Source: Utricularia gibba (Eukaryota > Plantae > Magnoliophyta). Taken from it: a DNA stretch of 64,000 nt. Shown in pieces: positions 1-11,210 of the stretch. Every line of letters begins with the position of its first letter. Positions within the stretch are counted from its first letter, which is position 1. The notes under the pieces were generated by a model that searched no databases, had not been told where the DNA came from, and saw only the letters and a program-made list of their open reading frames with translations. The stretch lies in assembly GCA_002189035.1 (NCBI GenBank), contig NEEC01000017.1:2294001-2358000 (forward strand), in the 5' to 3' direction. Made by a program: the position numbers and the translations under genes.

Positions 1-264
1 CTGAACATTCGCATGTCTCATCAGAATCTGAAAGGGGCCACAGGAAAACGTTCTGTTGTGAATAACTTTACCGAATTGTTGTTGGATTTTCTCACAACAT
101 CCCATGTGATGATGTTGAAAAATGATTGTTCTGGGCTCACAACTTTGAGAATCAAAGTGCTCCATATATAGAGGGGAACTTATCCCCCCCTCGGCTCATT
201 CCATCTCTAGGACCAATACCTTCTTTCTCATCTTCTCCAGACAAAGACCTTTGTCATCTTCTCC

Positions 265-939
265 ATGGATAGAGCATCTACTGATCTTGCAACCGAGAGC
301 TTTTCATACAGCTGGTTGATCGAAGGAGAGCGAGAGTTTACCATGAGCTTGAATGAACCGGGGCAAAGTTTTGATTTTGATCTCCCTTTCCAAGCATCAG
401 ACAGTGGATTTGCTCTGGCTGACGAGATTTTCTCAGATGGGAGAATCGTGTCTGTTTACACGGAGAAGCCCAAGGTTGAAACCTTGAATAGTTTGACAGC
501 CTCTGCGTGTTTCTCTCCTGTTTCTTCATGTTCATTATCAACGACAAAGGCCTGCAAGAACCAAAAATGGAAATGGAGGCAGTCTTCCAGTAAACTTTTG
601 CAGGAGTGCCTCAGACTAGTGAAGCCTTTGATGGGGTGGAAGAGAAAGAGCAGCAGGGTTGATGATCTTGAACGCAAGGCTTCCGAAGTTGGGAGCTTGC
701 ACTCCCACGAAGCATCACCAAGGGTAAGCTCGGCCTATTCAGTTCAAGACTTTTGCCATGTAAGGAAAGCAGCTGATAGAGCAGATCTCCATTCTGCGCT
801 ACGGAAGGTCAGAAGTTGGAACAAATCTTCACAAGAACAGCCTCGTTTAAGCCCTTCTCGCCCAAGTTATTCTTGTTGGGATGATGAGAAATCAATCAGT
901 GAAGCGATCCTCTACTGTAAAAGATCAATAGGTAACTGA
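265..939 (+). CDS. Membrane-associated kinase regulator 6-like protein (intronless, 224 aa)
   Basis: ORF has N-terminal ESFSYSWL, an FDF...ADEIFSDGRI motif and C-terminal ISEAILYCKRS, as recalled for the MAKR/BKI1 family, closest to MAKR6. Confidence 0.75.
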   Translation: MDRASTDLATESFSYSWLIEGEREFTMSLNEPGQSFDFDLPFQASDSGFALADEIFSDGRIVSVYTEKPKVETLNSLTASACFSPVSSCSLSTTKACKNQKWKWRQSSSKLLQECLRLVKPLMGWKRKSSRVDDLERKASEVGSLHSHEASPRVSSAYSVQDFCHVRKAADRADLHSALRKVRSWNKSSQEQPRLSPSRPSYSCWDDEKSISEAILYCKRSIGN

Positions 940-1195
940 ATATTGTTTTCTTTTTCCACTCAGAATGTCTTCGTTTTATAATGATCATGGGCTAATTTTC
1001 CATCGTTCAATAATTTCCAGAGAAATGAGAGACCAGGATGAAGAACCAGAGCTATAGCTGTTCTAACTTCAGAGATCTCTCTCCCTCATGGTACATACAG
1101 GCTACCTGATCCAGAGAAGTAGATTTACAGGAACTGATTTGCATGGTATCATCTGTGTATGGTGTAAATTCGTGTAGTTAGAAGAACTGAGTTGA

Positions 1196-3150
1196 ATGAA
1201 CTTCTTTTGTACTTCAGAGTTCCTTTCCTTTCCTGCTTCGAGGAAGAGGCAGCTTCACTTTAAGGCCTCTGGCAATTCCGAACATTTTGATCCATCCTGC
1301 TGCAGGTTTCCAAGCATCAGAATTCACAAACAGAGCTTTCAGAGCAAAAAATACATGCGAAAGGATAAGATAATCAAGGAAGCATATTCATTGAACATTA
1401 TACCATTTCAAATGGACGCAATCCGATGCATTCTTCACATTGGATCATCGCAATTTTTTTTTCCAGAGTATGAGCAAATTCGAAAGCAGCATGATAACAC
1501 CAGTGTGAAAGAGGCCACGTTACAGACATGGCCCACATAGAAATATGCTGTCTGATAAAGGTCATTAAATTCCAATGCAACTGCCCATTCCTTCTTTTTC
1601 AACTTTGGTTCCATTCACAACTAAGGTTAAGCTACACCCTCCCATATGAACACTACACCTCTGGCTAATTTCTATCGAAAATGCACAGGACAGCATACAG
1701 CCAAAACTAAAGCAAACCATTATTACATACCTCAAATCAAAACCATACATTTTATTCAAGTGGGCACGGCCATGGATCCAATGGCATGTCTGGGTGAACC
1801 ATCACATTTATGCCTTGGACTTGGGGTCCGGTATCAAGGGGCAAAAGTAAGCCAGTTGGGTCATGTTTGGAACTTCTCCTTGTGCAGATCACCAGAATTG
1901 ATATTGACACTGCAGAGATTGCTGAACCTGAATGGGCATTATCGCTAGACACAACAAGGACGACACACGGCATGAAGAAACTCATAAAACACTTCGAAGA
2001 CAAAAACATGGTTTGCCAGCCTGATTTTAACAGACCCCTTTGTCGCAACTTCTTCCCGTTGCCATGATGCCACTTCTATCCTTAAGTTCACATGCGGCAC
2101 TTCCCAATATTTTTTTAATGAATACATCCAACAGATTTACATTACACAGAAAATATTGTCCACCTACGCCACCCAACATGACAGAGCAAAATGATAGAAA
2201 TGATGACGCGGTGCGCGGACATAAAAAAATTAATGGGAAGAATTGATACTGAGTCACGATCAAACCACCCAAATCATCAATTTGGAAACATTAGCAAACA
2301 AAAGATAGTACACCCTTTCAAAAAAAGCAGCTTTGATGCAATATCTTTGGAATAAAAATCATGAAGCCATTCAATAACATATCGAAAAAACGTTTCACAT
2401 CAAAATTTGATACTGCGAGCATCGCATAATTCTATTCGGCTGCCATGTAGTATCCTATCCAACTGTAAACCACAACATACGACTCACGCTCACTGAGTTG
2501 TTCTTCAACGATGGACCTGCATTCAGAAAATAACGGAAACGAGTGACGAGTAAATATGTAGCCAAGGGGTTCTAAACCCATAAAGAAGAATCTTTCGGGT
2601 TGTTTGGTTTGGCCAGTTGTAATTTACGAAGGTATTTTTCGATGTTAGAGAGTTTTCATGCTCATCAATGAGAATTACCTCTCTGCTGGGACCTTCGCAT
2701 CTCTTTAAAATAAACTAAAAACGCCGAATGATGTTTGAAATTTCGGAGAACCGAGTCGGAACAGAAGAAATCCGGCTCGGCGATCATCAATCAAGAAAAA
2801 AATCTCGATCTCCGAAGGCAAACTTGGTCGAATCGGCATACATTTCACGCCTTCCTCCCATAGGTCCTTCGGTTTATGTACAATCAGACATATAACCAGA
2901 AATGACGAGCGAAAAACAGTCCATGATTTACTATTAGTGCTCAGAGAATACGAACAAGAGTATTTTGAGCAATTCACTCACGCAGCAAGCAAAATACTGC
3001 TACAATGTCATTGCATCATTCTTCGTCCTCGCACTCAGCAAGAGGAGGAAAGTAAACACATTACCTGAGCTTCTGAAACCCTAATTTGCACCTGGCGGCA
3101 TATAAGGATGCCAGCCATATGCCGGGCTTCCAAGCCTGCAACTCCTCGGA
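1196..3150 (-). other. Putative multi-exon transcript of unknown nature (micro-exons, no long ORF)
   Basis: Minus strand has several strong donors (CAG|GTAATG, C|GTGAGT, GAG|GTAATT, C|GTGAGT) and matching acceptors bounding ~24- and ~29-nt exons. A telo-box lies near 3076 and site II GGCCC motifs at ~3165-3210. No product recognised. Confidence 0.3.
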
Positions 3151-3311
3151 GGGCATTGGGTAATGGGCCTAGGCTTCGTTAAGGATCGGCCCGTTTGTTT
3201 TTCGGCCCATGTGTATACGTCAGCAGTTTTCCCTTTTTTTGTTTTAATGTATTTAACTATAAAAGCGAATTTGCGCTTAGGGAAATTGGAAAAATAATTG
3301 AAATAATTAAA

Positions 3312-3626
3312 TTAAGTACAGTAATCCTCTTGGACAGAGCAACGTCGACAGCGGCAATTCCCGGCACGTCGGACGGAAATGGCGTGGAAGCAAATAGAGC
3401 AAACTGCGTCATCGGCGCTAAGGCCATCCAATCTCCTGAAAAGGGACTGAACGTACGAATTGATGAGAGATTCATCAAGCTCCTCGGATCGATTCTTGGT
3501 TACCGTGAGGCGGAGTCGGCGGCGGACGTCGGAGATGCAGGACGGTGGAGAAAAGGGTGAGAAATCTGAGATGCCGGACTCCGTCGCCGACGGAACTGTC
3601 TGCTGTCGCCCACCCCCTGGAGCCAT
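3312..3626 (-). CDS. Hypothetical 104-aa ORF with a Cys-rich C-terminus
   Basis: GC-rich ATG-started ORF (MAPGGG...CSICFH...CRCRRCS) preceded by a CT-rich leader. No family recognised; it could be the 3' UTR of the WRKY gene. Confidence 0.25.
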   Translation of the reverse strand: MAPGGGRQQTVPSATESGISDFSPFSPPSCISDVRRRLRLTVTKNRSEELDESLINSYVQSLFRRLDGLSADDAVCSICFHAISVRRAGNCRCRRCSVQEDYCT

Positions 3627-3987
3627 TGCTGAGAGGAACTATGGAAATCCTTTCGCCGTGCGCTGTAGTGGATGAGACTGCGGGCAATGGCGAGATTCAC
3701 TGTCCATATATGGAACATTTGCGGGTAACTGAAATGGAAGACCAGTTGGAGAAACAAGAAGCGGTGACATGACGCCTTTTCTGTTTTCGGAGAGCTTCGA
3801 TTTACAAGAAAAGGAGCGAACACGAGAAGGAAAGAAATCAGGATAACACTTTGACTTGACCCTACAATATGATAAAGTGGAAAGAGGAGGAGGAGTGAGG
3901 GAGAAGCAATGTGTCAAGTGGTGGGAGGACAAGCACCGCCCCGGAAGTCAATCTTGCCAGTGGTAATGATGATGGCGGCGCCGCCCG

Positions 3988-4981
3988 TTAAAGGCGGAGT
4001 TTGAGCTCGTGTCCTGAAGGGGCGTTTGGGGTAGTCAGCTCCTCTGATCCCCTGAAGAATTTGTCGTGAATTCCAATTCTTGGTACTCCAAACTCGTCGT
4101 CATCATCATCACCAAAGTCACCGGGGCATTCCCTAGCCGGCGAGTGGTGCAACGCTGGAGATATTTTCGTCGAGAGTGATTGTTCGGGGGACTTGGAGAC
4201 CTCCGTCTCGTTAGGGCGAATGCTGCCGCCGGCGGTTAAGTTCTGGTATGTCGTCGGCAGGGGATGGTTGTGCTCTCCGGTGTAGGTGACTATGATCATT
4301 CTGGGGTCAGATCTGTTCTTCTCCACCTGCTTTCTGGCCGTACAACCTTTTGATGTGCTGCATCTGTAATATCCCCTGCAAAAGAGTTGTTCAGAGGAGA
4401 CGGAGTCATCAGCCTGAAGAAACTGGAACAGCAAAAGCTTCTAATGAAGAATTCCAAACCTTGGATATGGCGATCCCTTGATGGGCTTTTGCCCATATTT
4501 TCTCCAAGACCACATATCGGAAGGTAAATTCTCTGCAGAGACAATGCATTCCCTCTTGCAATTGTTCTTCCTGAAACACAACACAGGGGACTCATATCAC
4601 AGTCAGGAACCACCATGAAACTTTTCCCTTTCTGTGTAGTGCTGTTTCAATTCACCTTCGTTTAGACCGCGGGGCAGCTGGGGTTTGAGAAGAAAAATCA
4701 GAATCTCTGCAGAGCTGCGTCTTCAGCTGCGGCGGGGTGTTCTTCTGGGGTGCGTCACAGGACAGAGGTAAAAACGGCTTGCAAAGCTCATGCAAATCTT
4801 CAGCATAGCAGCACCCCGATCCAGGGTCGAACAGATCTTCAAATTGAAAGCCGGGCGAAGAAGCAAAGGGAAAATCCTGATCACCGAAGTTGAAAACTCG
4901 GTCACCGGCGACAGCAGGAGTGGCAGCGGCCGCTGCCGTGCATCCTCTAACCACCGCGTGGAGATCCCAGTCATCATCCAT
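3988..4981 (-). CDS. WRKY transcription factor, group IIe (WRKY27/22-like)
   Basis: Three GT-AG exons (4981-4656, 4570-4460, 4375-3988) join in frame: [14 protein letters not shown]...[38 protein letters not shown]...TYTGEHNH. Confidence 0.93.
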
Positions 4982-6321
4982 TTTTATACCTGCCGCCGTT
5001 ACAAGTCACCCGCACCAGACAAAAGAGGCGCTGACTTTGTGCAATGTGGAAAAAGAGAAGAGGCGTTGGGTACCATTTTATAGGCAAAGGAGGGGGAGAG
5101 CAGCTTTTGCCGGTGTGCATGGAGGATGAAGGCAGCAAGCAGCAGCGGTAGCAGGTAAAGGATGATGAGTATTCTTTTTTTCTTTTTTGTTTATTTTTTT
5201 TTGGAATAAAATAATGCCATTATTACCATTTAATAAATCGTAATTACCGTACGAGAACGGCGTTGGGAACAGGGAAGATTGCAGGAATATTAGTAAACTT
5301 TATTTAATGCAAAAATGTAATTACCGTACACAGCATGTGAGCAGATGATGAATTTTAAATTAATATTACCATAAAAATGGAATTATTCCAATAATAAAAT
5401 ATTAATTTCCCAATATTTTTATAGTGAGAACAATTTCGGACGCATCTCATTTATTAATGGGCCTAGAGGCCCATTACAGAAGCCCATAGCGTCTCTTGTC
5501 AACGTCCATTTCTTTGCGCTGGTCAGAAAATTCAGCGGTGGCGTAGGGGGAGTAAGAGGTTGGTTTGGATTGGGGAGCACGGATTCTCAACCTATAAGCA
5601 TTCGTTTCCTAGTCTGGCATAGGGGGGAAGAAAAAGAGAGAGAGAATCTTGTCATCTGGCTCACGCTCTTGATCTCAGATAGAGAAGGAAAATAGGAAGA
5701 TAATTCATCGTTTGTTATTTAGGGTCGATTTCTCGAGAGGAGGGCTCGTCTGGGGTTCGCAATTGTTCGTGTTTTCTCAATCAGGTGAGGATGAATCGTT
5801 TGATTTTTTTATTATTCTCGGGACTGGTGGAATTCTGGTTTTTTTTTTTTTCTGTAGTGGTTGCCTTTGTTCTATTTTGGCAGTCTAAGCTTGACGCTTC
5901 GTTAGGATGTGTTGGTTTAGAACGCCAAATGCTTTTGTTGTGTTGGAAGAATTGATTGCAAATCTTGGTTTCCTAACCGTGGCGTCTATGTTGCGATCAT
6001 TAGAATTTATTTTTTTTAAGGTAATTGTCTCTGTTGCTTTTCTTAAATTTGACGATCAGTGTCAGTCTGTGTCCATGCATAGAAGCTTTTAAAAATCAAT
6101 TCATGAAGTCGAGGTAGACTTTCATGATGGAGTTGAAATCGAAGAGAGTGAGCAAAGGCAGCCTTCTTGAATAATTTTTGTATCATAGTTACGGTTATGA
6201 AGGTCATTGCCTGCTTTTCCTTGGGTATTCATGTGTATGCCTGTTTTGTGTCATCAGGGCCTGGGTGCCTTCACTGTTTTCAACTGTTGATCACACGCTG
6301 CCCTCATTCCTTGAGTCTAAT

Positions 6322-9300
6322 ATGAGCTCTACAGCGCAAAATAGTAAAAGAGAGAACAGCTATCCACGGTCTAGAACCAACAACAGTTCCCAGAATATCC
6401 GCCAAGAGTGGGTTCCACGAGGTTCAGCTGTCCCTGTCTTGCCCAGAAGTATTGACAATTCTACAAGTAATGAGGATGAAAATGGAGGGCCAGCAGTCAC
6501 TAATAGGCCTGTTGAACCTATTATTAGTTATTCTGATCGGATTGCTACTGTATCAAGGGGAAAAATCCCTCATTCTGTAAGTCAAAGTGAGAAAGAGGAG
6601 AAAAGAAACTATACCCGTTTGAATAAAAACAAGGGGTTTAATGCCGTAAACATGCCTCAGTTGGTGCAGGAAATTCAGGACAAGCTATTGAAGGGTTCAG
6701 TTGAGTGCATGATTTGTTATGAGATGGTTAAAAGGTCTTCGCCAATTTGGTCATGCTCCAGTTGCTATTCGATTTTTCACTTGGGTTGTATAAAGAAATG
6801 GGCTAGGGCTCCAACCTCTGTTGATTTATTGGCAGAGAAGAATCAAGGCTCTAATTGGAGATGCCCTGGATGTCAACATGTACAGCTTATATCAGCAAAG
6901 GAGATTCGATACATGTGCTTTTGTGGGAAGAGACAAGATCCTCCTTCAGATTTATATTTGACTCCACATTCTTGCGGAGAGCCATGTGGAAAGGCTTTGG
7001 AAAAGGATCCTCCTGGTGATGGCTTGGTAATTGAAGATATGTGTCCGCATCTCTGTGTGTTGCAGTGTCATCCAGGTCCTTGCCCCCCCTGCAAGGCCTT
7101 TGCCCCTCCTCGTTCTTGCCCTTGTGGAAAGAAGACCATAACAACAAGATGCTCTGATCGTAGGAATGCTCTCACTTGTGGCCAGAGGTGTGACAAGTTT
7201 CTTAGCTGTGGACGGCATACTTGTAAAAGGGCCTGTCATATTGGCCCTTGTGATGCTTGCCAAGATCTTATTGTTGCTTCTTGTTTCTGCAAGAAAAAGA
7301 CTGAAGTTGTTCTGTGTCGAAATATGGACTTCAAGGGAGAATTTAAGAGTGAAGCTGGTGTCTTCTCTTGTGGTTCAGTATGCGACAATAAGCTTGAATG
7401 CGGTAATCATGTTTGCTGTGAAGTTTGCCATCCTGGGTCGTGTGGTGTGTGTGACTTGTTGCCGGGAAATATTAAGACTTGCTGCTGTGGTAAGACAGCT
7501 TTGAGTAAAGAGAGAAAGACTTGTTTGGATCCAATTCCCACGTGTACGCAGACTTGTGGGAAGATACTCCCCTGTGGGTTGCATCATTGTCCAGAAGTCT
7601 GTCACATAGGTGATTGCCCTCCTTGTAATGCACTAGTCACCCAAGAATGTCGATGTAGGTCAACCTCTCGTACTGTGGAGTGTTTTAGGACCTTATCAGA
7701 AGCTGAATCATTTACCTGTGATAAGCCCTGTGAAAAGAAGAAAAGTTGTGGAAGGCATCGATGCAGTGAGCGGTGTTGCCCTAAGTCTATTCCCAACAAC
7801 GCTTCTCTGATTGACTGGGATGCCCATCTGTGCACAATTCCATGCGGGAAGAAGTTGCGTTGTGGGCAGCACTCTTGCCAGTCACTATGTCATAGTGGTC
7901 ATTGTCCTCCTTGCTTAGAGACAATTTTCACTCACCTGACATGTGCTTGTGGTAGAACTTCTATTCCTCCTCCACTTCCTTGTGGTACTCAGCCACCATC
8001 GTGTCAGTTTCCTTGCTCTTTTCCACAATCATGTGGCCATCCCTCTTCTCATACCTGTCACTTTGGAAGTTGCCCACCATGCTCCATGCCGGTATCCAAG
8101 GAGTGTGTTGGCGGACACGTGGTCTTGCACAATATGCCGTGTGGTTCAAAGTACATCAGATGTAATAAGCTGTGTGGAAAGACAAGGCAGTGTGGTTTAC
8201 ATGCATGCTCTAGGACTTGCCATGAACCTCCTTGTGATGCCTCTGATGAGTCATCTAGCATCTCGCAATCGTCTTGCGGACAAGTATGTGGTGCTCCAAG
8301 GAAAGACTGTAGGCACACTTGCACCACCCTTTGTCATCCTTCAGCTCCATGTCCAGATGTGAGATGTGAGTTCCCGGTTACAATCACGTGCAATTGTGGT
8401 AGGATATCTGCATCGGTTCCTTGTGATGCTGGAGCAAACAGTGCAAATCCTGATGCAGTTCGTGAGGCATCAATAATTCAAAGATTGCCTGTATCTCTTG
8501 TTCTCCTTGAAGGAAATGGTCAGAGAATTCCACTTGGCCAAAGAAAACTCATGTGCGATGATGAATGTGGAAGGGTAGAGCGCAAGAAGGTTTTAGCTGA
8601 TGCTTTTGGTGTAAATCCCCCAAGCTTGGATGCTCTACACTTTGGTGAGAATGCAGCATCTTTGCCTGAAGTCCTATCGGATCTTCTCCGACGTGATTCC
8701 AAGTGGGTCTTATCCATTGAAGAGCGTTGCAGATACCTTGTTGTTGGCAGGGGCAGAGGAGGAGTAAGTGCTCCCAAAGTCCATGTTTTCTGTGTTATGC
8801 AGAAGGAAAAGAGGGATGCGGTGAGGTTGATTGCGGAACGGTGGAAGCTATCTGTTAATGCAGCTGGTTGGGAGCCCAAGAGATTTGTAGTTGTCCATGT
8901 AAACTCCAAGTCTAGAGCTCCAGCTCGCGTGCTTGGCATGAAATCCGGCACTCCAAGCACCATCCTGCAGCCACCCATTTATGACCCCATGGTTGACATG
9001 GACCCCCGCCTTGTTGTTGCTCTATATGACATGCCCAGTGATTCGGACATAAGTGCACTGGTTCTAAGGTTCGGTGGAGAATGTGAACTGGTGTGGCTGA
9101 ATGACAGAAATGCTTTGGCTGTTTTCAGTGATCCAGCACGAGCAGCAACCGCTATGAGGAGATTAGATCAGGGATCGGTGTATTATGGTGCAGTCACAGT
9201 TTCGCAGCCCAGTAGTTCTTCAGCTGCTGCAGGAACTACTGCCTGGGGATCTACTGCATCATCCAAAGAAGTGGTTGCAGGATCAGCTTGGAAGAAGGCG

Positions 9301-9576
9301 ACTGTCCATGATTCTGCTTGGAAAGATGGCTCACTGAGCGCTGAAGAATGGTCACAGAACACCAGCGCCTCTGTCTGGAAAGAGTCTCCCACCGCAGCTC
9401 CCGTCAACCAGTGGAGTGTCTTGCAGTCGAGAAACTCCTCCGTGTCATCCAGCTCCGGTTCGGATATTAGAAACACTCTCAAACAGGCATCGAATCCTTA
9501 TGCACCACTGCAAAAGGAGGACACAAAGAGTGAAGCTGATGACACATTTGATGACTGGGAGAAAGCATACGATTGA
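6322..9576 (+). CDS. NFXL1: NF-X1-type zinc finger protein NFXL1-like (single coding exon)
   Basis: RING-like CMIC...WSCSSCYSIFHLGCIKKWA, many NF-X1 repeats (CGxHxCxxxCHxGxCxPC) and a C-terminal R3H/RRM-like region. First ATG is at 6322 (the ORF track starts at a TTG); a 5' UTR intron lies at ~5785-6256. Confidence 0.95.
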   Translation: MSSTAQNSKRENSYPRSRTNNSSQNIRQEWVPRGSAVPVLPRSIDNSTSNEDENGGPAVTNRPVEPIISYSDRIATVSRGKIPHSVSQSEKEEKRNYTRLNKNKGFNAVNMPQLVQEIQDKLLKGSVECMICYEMVKRSSPIWSCSSCYSIFHLGCIKKWARAPTSVDLLAEKNQGSNWRCPGCQHVQLISAKEIRYMCFCGKRQDPPSDLYLTPHSCGEPCGKALEKDPPGDGLVIEDMCPHLCVLQCHPGPCPPCKAFAPPRSCPCGKKTITTRCSDRRNALTCGQRCDKFLSCGRHTCKRACHIGPCDACQDLIVASCFCKKKTEVVLCRNMDFKGEFKSEAGVFSCGSVCDNKLECGNHVCCEVCHPGSCGVCDLLPGNIKTCCCGKTALSKERKTCLDPIPTCTQTCGKILPCGLHHCPEVCHIGDCPPCNALVTQECRCRSTSRTVECFRTLSEAESFTCDKPCEKKKSCGRHRCSERCCPKSIPNNASLIDWDAHLCTIPCGKKLRCGQHSCQSLCHSGHCPPCLETIFTHLTCACGRTSIPPPLPCGTQPPSCQFPCSFPQSCGHPSSHTCHFGSCPPCSMPVSKECVGGHVVLHNMPCGSKYIRCNKLCGKTRQCGLHACSRTCHEPPCDASDESSSISQSSCGQVCGAPRKDCRHTCTTLCHPSAPCPDVRCEFPVTITCNCGRISASVPCDAGANSANPDAVREASIIQRLPVSLVLLEGNGQRIPLGQRKLMCDDECGRVERKKVLADAFGVNPPSLDALHFGENAASLPEVLSDLLRRDSKWVLSIEERCRYLVVGRGRGGVSAPKVHVFCVMQKEKRDAVRLIAERWKLSVNAAGWEPKRFVVVHVNSKSRAPARVLGMKSGTPSTILQPPIYDPMVDMDPRLVVALYDMPSDSDISALVLRFGGECELVWLNDRNALAVFSDPARAATAMRRLDQGSVYYGAVTVSQPSSSSAAAGTTAWGSTASSKEVVAGSAWKKATVHDSAWKDGSLSAEEWSQNTSASVWKESPTAAPVNQWSVLQSRNSSVSSSSGSDIRNTLKQASNPYAPLQKEDTKSEADDTFDDWEKAYD

Positions 9577-9943
9577 TTCATGGGGCATTTTTTTTTTTTT
9601 TTTTTGGCAATACAGGAGATGAGGTACTAGTTACAGGGGGCTTCGTTGCTGTACAATTCTATAAGCTTGTACTTCACTATAACCTGGTGGTTGTTTCTGT
9701 TACACCAGCTTATAAGAGTTTCTGAAACTAAACGGCTTTTTCTATTCCAATTTCCTCTCTTCAAGTAGTGTTTTCACTTTAGATTCAATGTCACAGACAA
9801 CAAGAGGGAAAGTTTTAACGAGGGCAAGATATCTAGAGGAGCAATCCTCAAAACCTGAAGCAGGTCTTGAAAGTACATATAACGCCACTAATTCAGGCTA
9901 CACTACACGAGAGAAGTTGCATACAAAGTAGACAGACAGATGG

Positions 9944-10935
9944 TTAGTCACGGTCTGGAGCCTCCTCCATGTCTTCATCCTCTGGGACTCCCCGGAGATA
10001 TAGAACGTTGTTGCATCTGCGAGGTTAAATAAATAAAGGTACTAAGCAAACTGCAGTTTACAGAAGTACACCAATTGCAAGGATGGAGCAGTAGAAAGAA
10101 AGCCCTGAAACTATTAGCCGAGATTTTAGCAGCAGGCCTTGTTCTAGGATTTAAACTCTCGTCTTATGTTTCTTGTTACCTGACTAAAATTTCACCAAGA
10201 CTTCCTGTGCACTGTCCGTCAATGTATTCCTCAGCGTTCGCGAGCTGTATAAAGAAGGCATGATCAAGATTATTTCAACTAGTTGCTCAGTCAGCAGATT
10301 CCCAGGATGCAGCTATTCGAATTAAAAAAATCTAACAGTTGCAGCAAAAACACAAGACTGGGGATCAATAAGGCGAAACTAGGAGTAAATCCAGAAGATC
10401 ACCTGAAGGTTCATGTAGGAATCCACAGAGACGAGAAAACCTGGAGGGGAAACAGAAACATCAGAAACTACAAGATGCTGTTGGCGGTAAACAGAGAGTT
10501 GTGAGAATCTTAAAGAACACCTTTATATTCCATTCCCCATTTCAGCTTCACCATCACAGGCTTCCCTGTTAAATTGTTCAAGAAAGGCTTCGGATTAACA
10601 GGTACAGTCTGCAACAACATCGACAATAAGCAAGCTAATCAGCTAGTTCTATGATGCTGATGATTGTCATATGAAATCAAAAGGCAAAACCCACACTCAG
10701 TAAACTAAATGGTCATAAAGAACAAGCTTTTACGATTGTCTCCAATTGGAAACCTTCCACTCTACGAACTGCCACTACAGCAACAGCCTTACATATCAAC
10801 TTTAAGCAACGGAAACATAAACTCTTACTCCATGAGAACTTACAAACAACGAGAGCGTGAAACATTCCGTCTATCAAATTTCAACATTTTACGAAACAGC
10901 GAGTACCCGAGAAGCACGAATGAACTTACAGCCAT
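9944..10935 (-). CDS. SmF: Small nuclear ribonucleoprotein F (SmF)
   Basis: Five exons missed by the ORF track: MA|[30 protein letters not shown]|[12 protein letters not shown]|[22 protein letters not shown]|[23 protein letters not shown]. The first coding exon is only 6 nt (10935-10930). Confidence 0.93.
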
Positions 10936-11210
10936 TGCCTCGCCGTGAATCGAACTGGAGATTAATTCCAACGTTAGGGTTTTTCAGAATTTGGATCGAT
11001 CCGCTAACAGCGAAGGGTTCTGCATTTTACATGGGCCGAACGAGTGCACAAGGCTCTGAATCTGGGCCGCACCTCAAGGCCCAAATATATTTAAATATTA
11101 AATGATTAATTTATTAAGGAAAAACATGTATTTCAATTTTGGGGTTAGGGTTATTCGCGGAGTGACTTCACAAGACCCAGCTCCCGGAGGTGGTTGTGCG
11201 AGTCGCTGTG
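10936..11210. promoter_or_regulatory. Bidirectional promoter shared by SmF and BAP31-like genes
   Basis: Only ~275 bp separate the divergent ATGs. Contains a telo-box TAGGGTTT (~10974), TAGGGTT (~11147) and site II-like TGGGCC/GGCCCA (~11032, 11063, 11078). Confidence 0.65.

Noticed and set aside
2689-2701. 13-nt identity (AGATGCGAAGGTC) with 45182-45194
   Set aside because: Many exact 13-mer matches are expected by chance across both strands of 64 kb.
6178-6321. N-terminal extension of NFXL1 in the ORF track
   Set aside because: It starts at TTG inside the probable 5' UTR intron; the first ATG is at 6322.
6887-9482. Numerous antisense and alternate-frame ORFs over NFXL1 (likewise over ClpC, CYP89, SLY1, CAF1 and the kinases)
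   Set aside because: They are shadow ORFs of long coding exons with no recognisable motifs.
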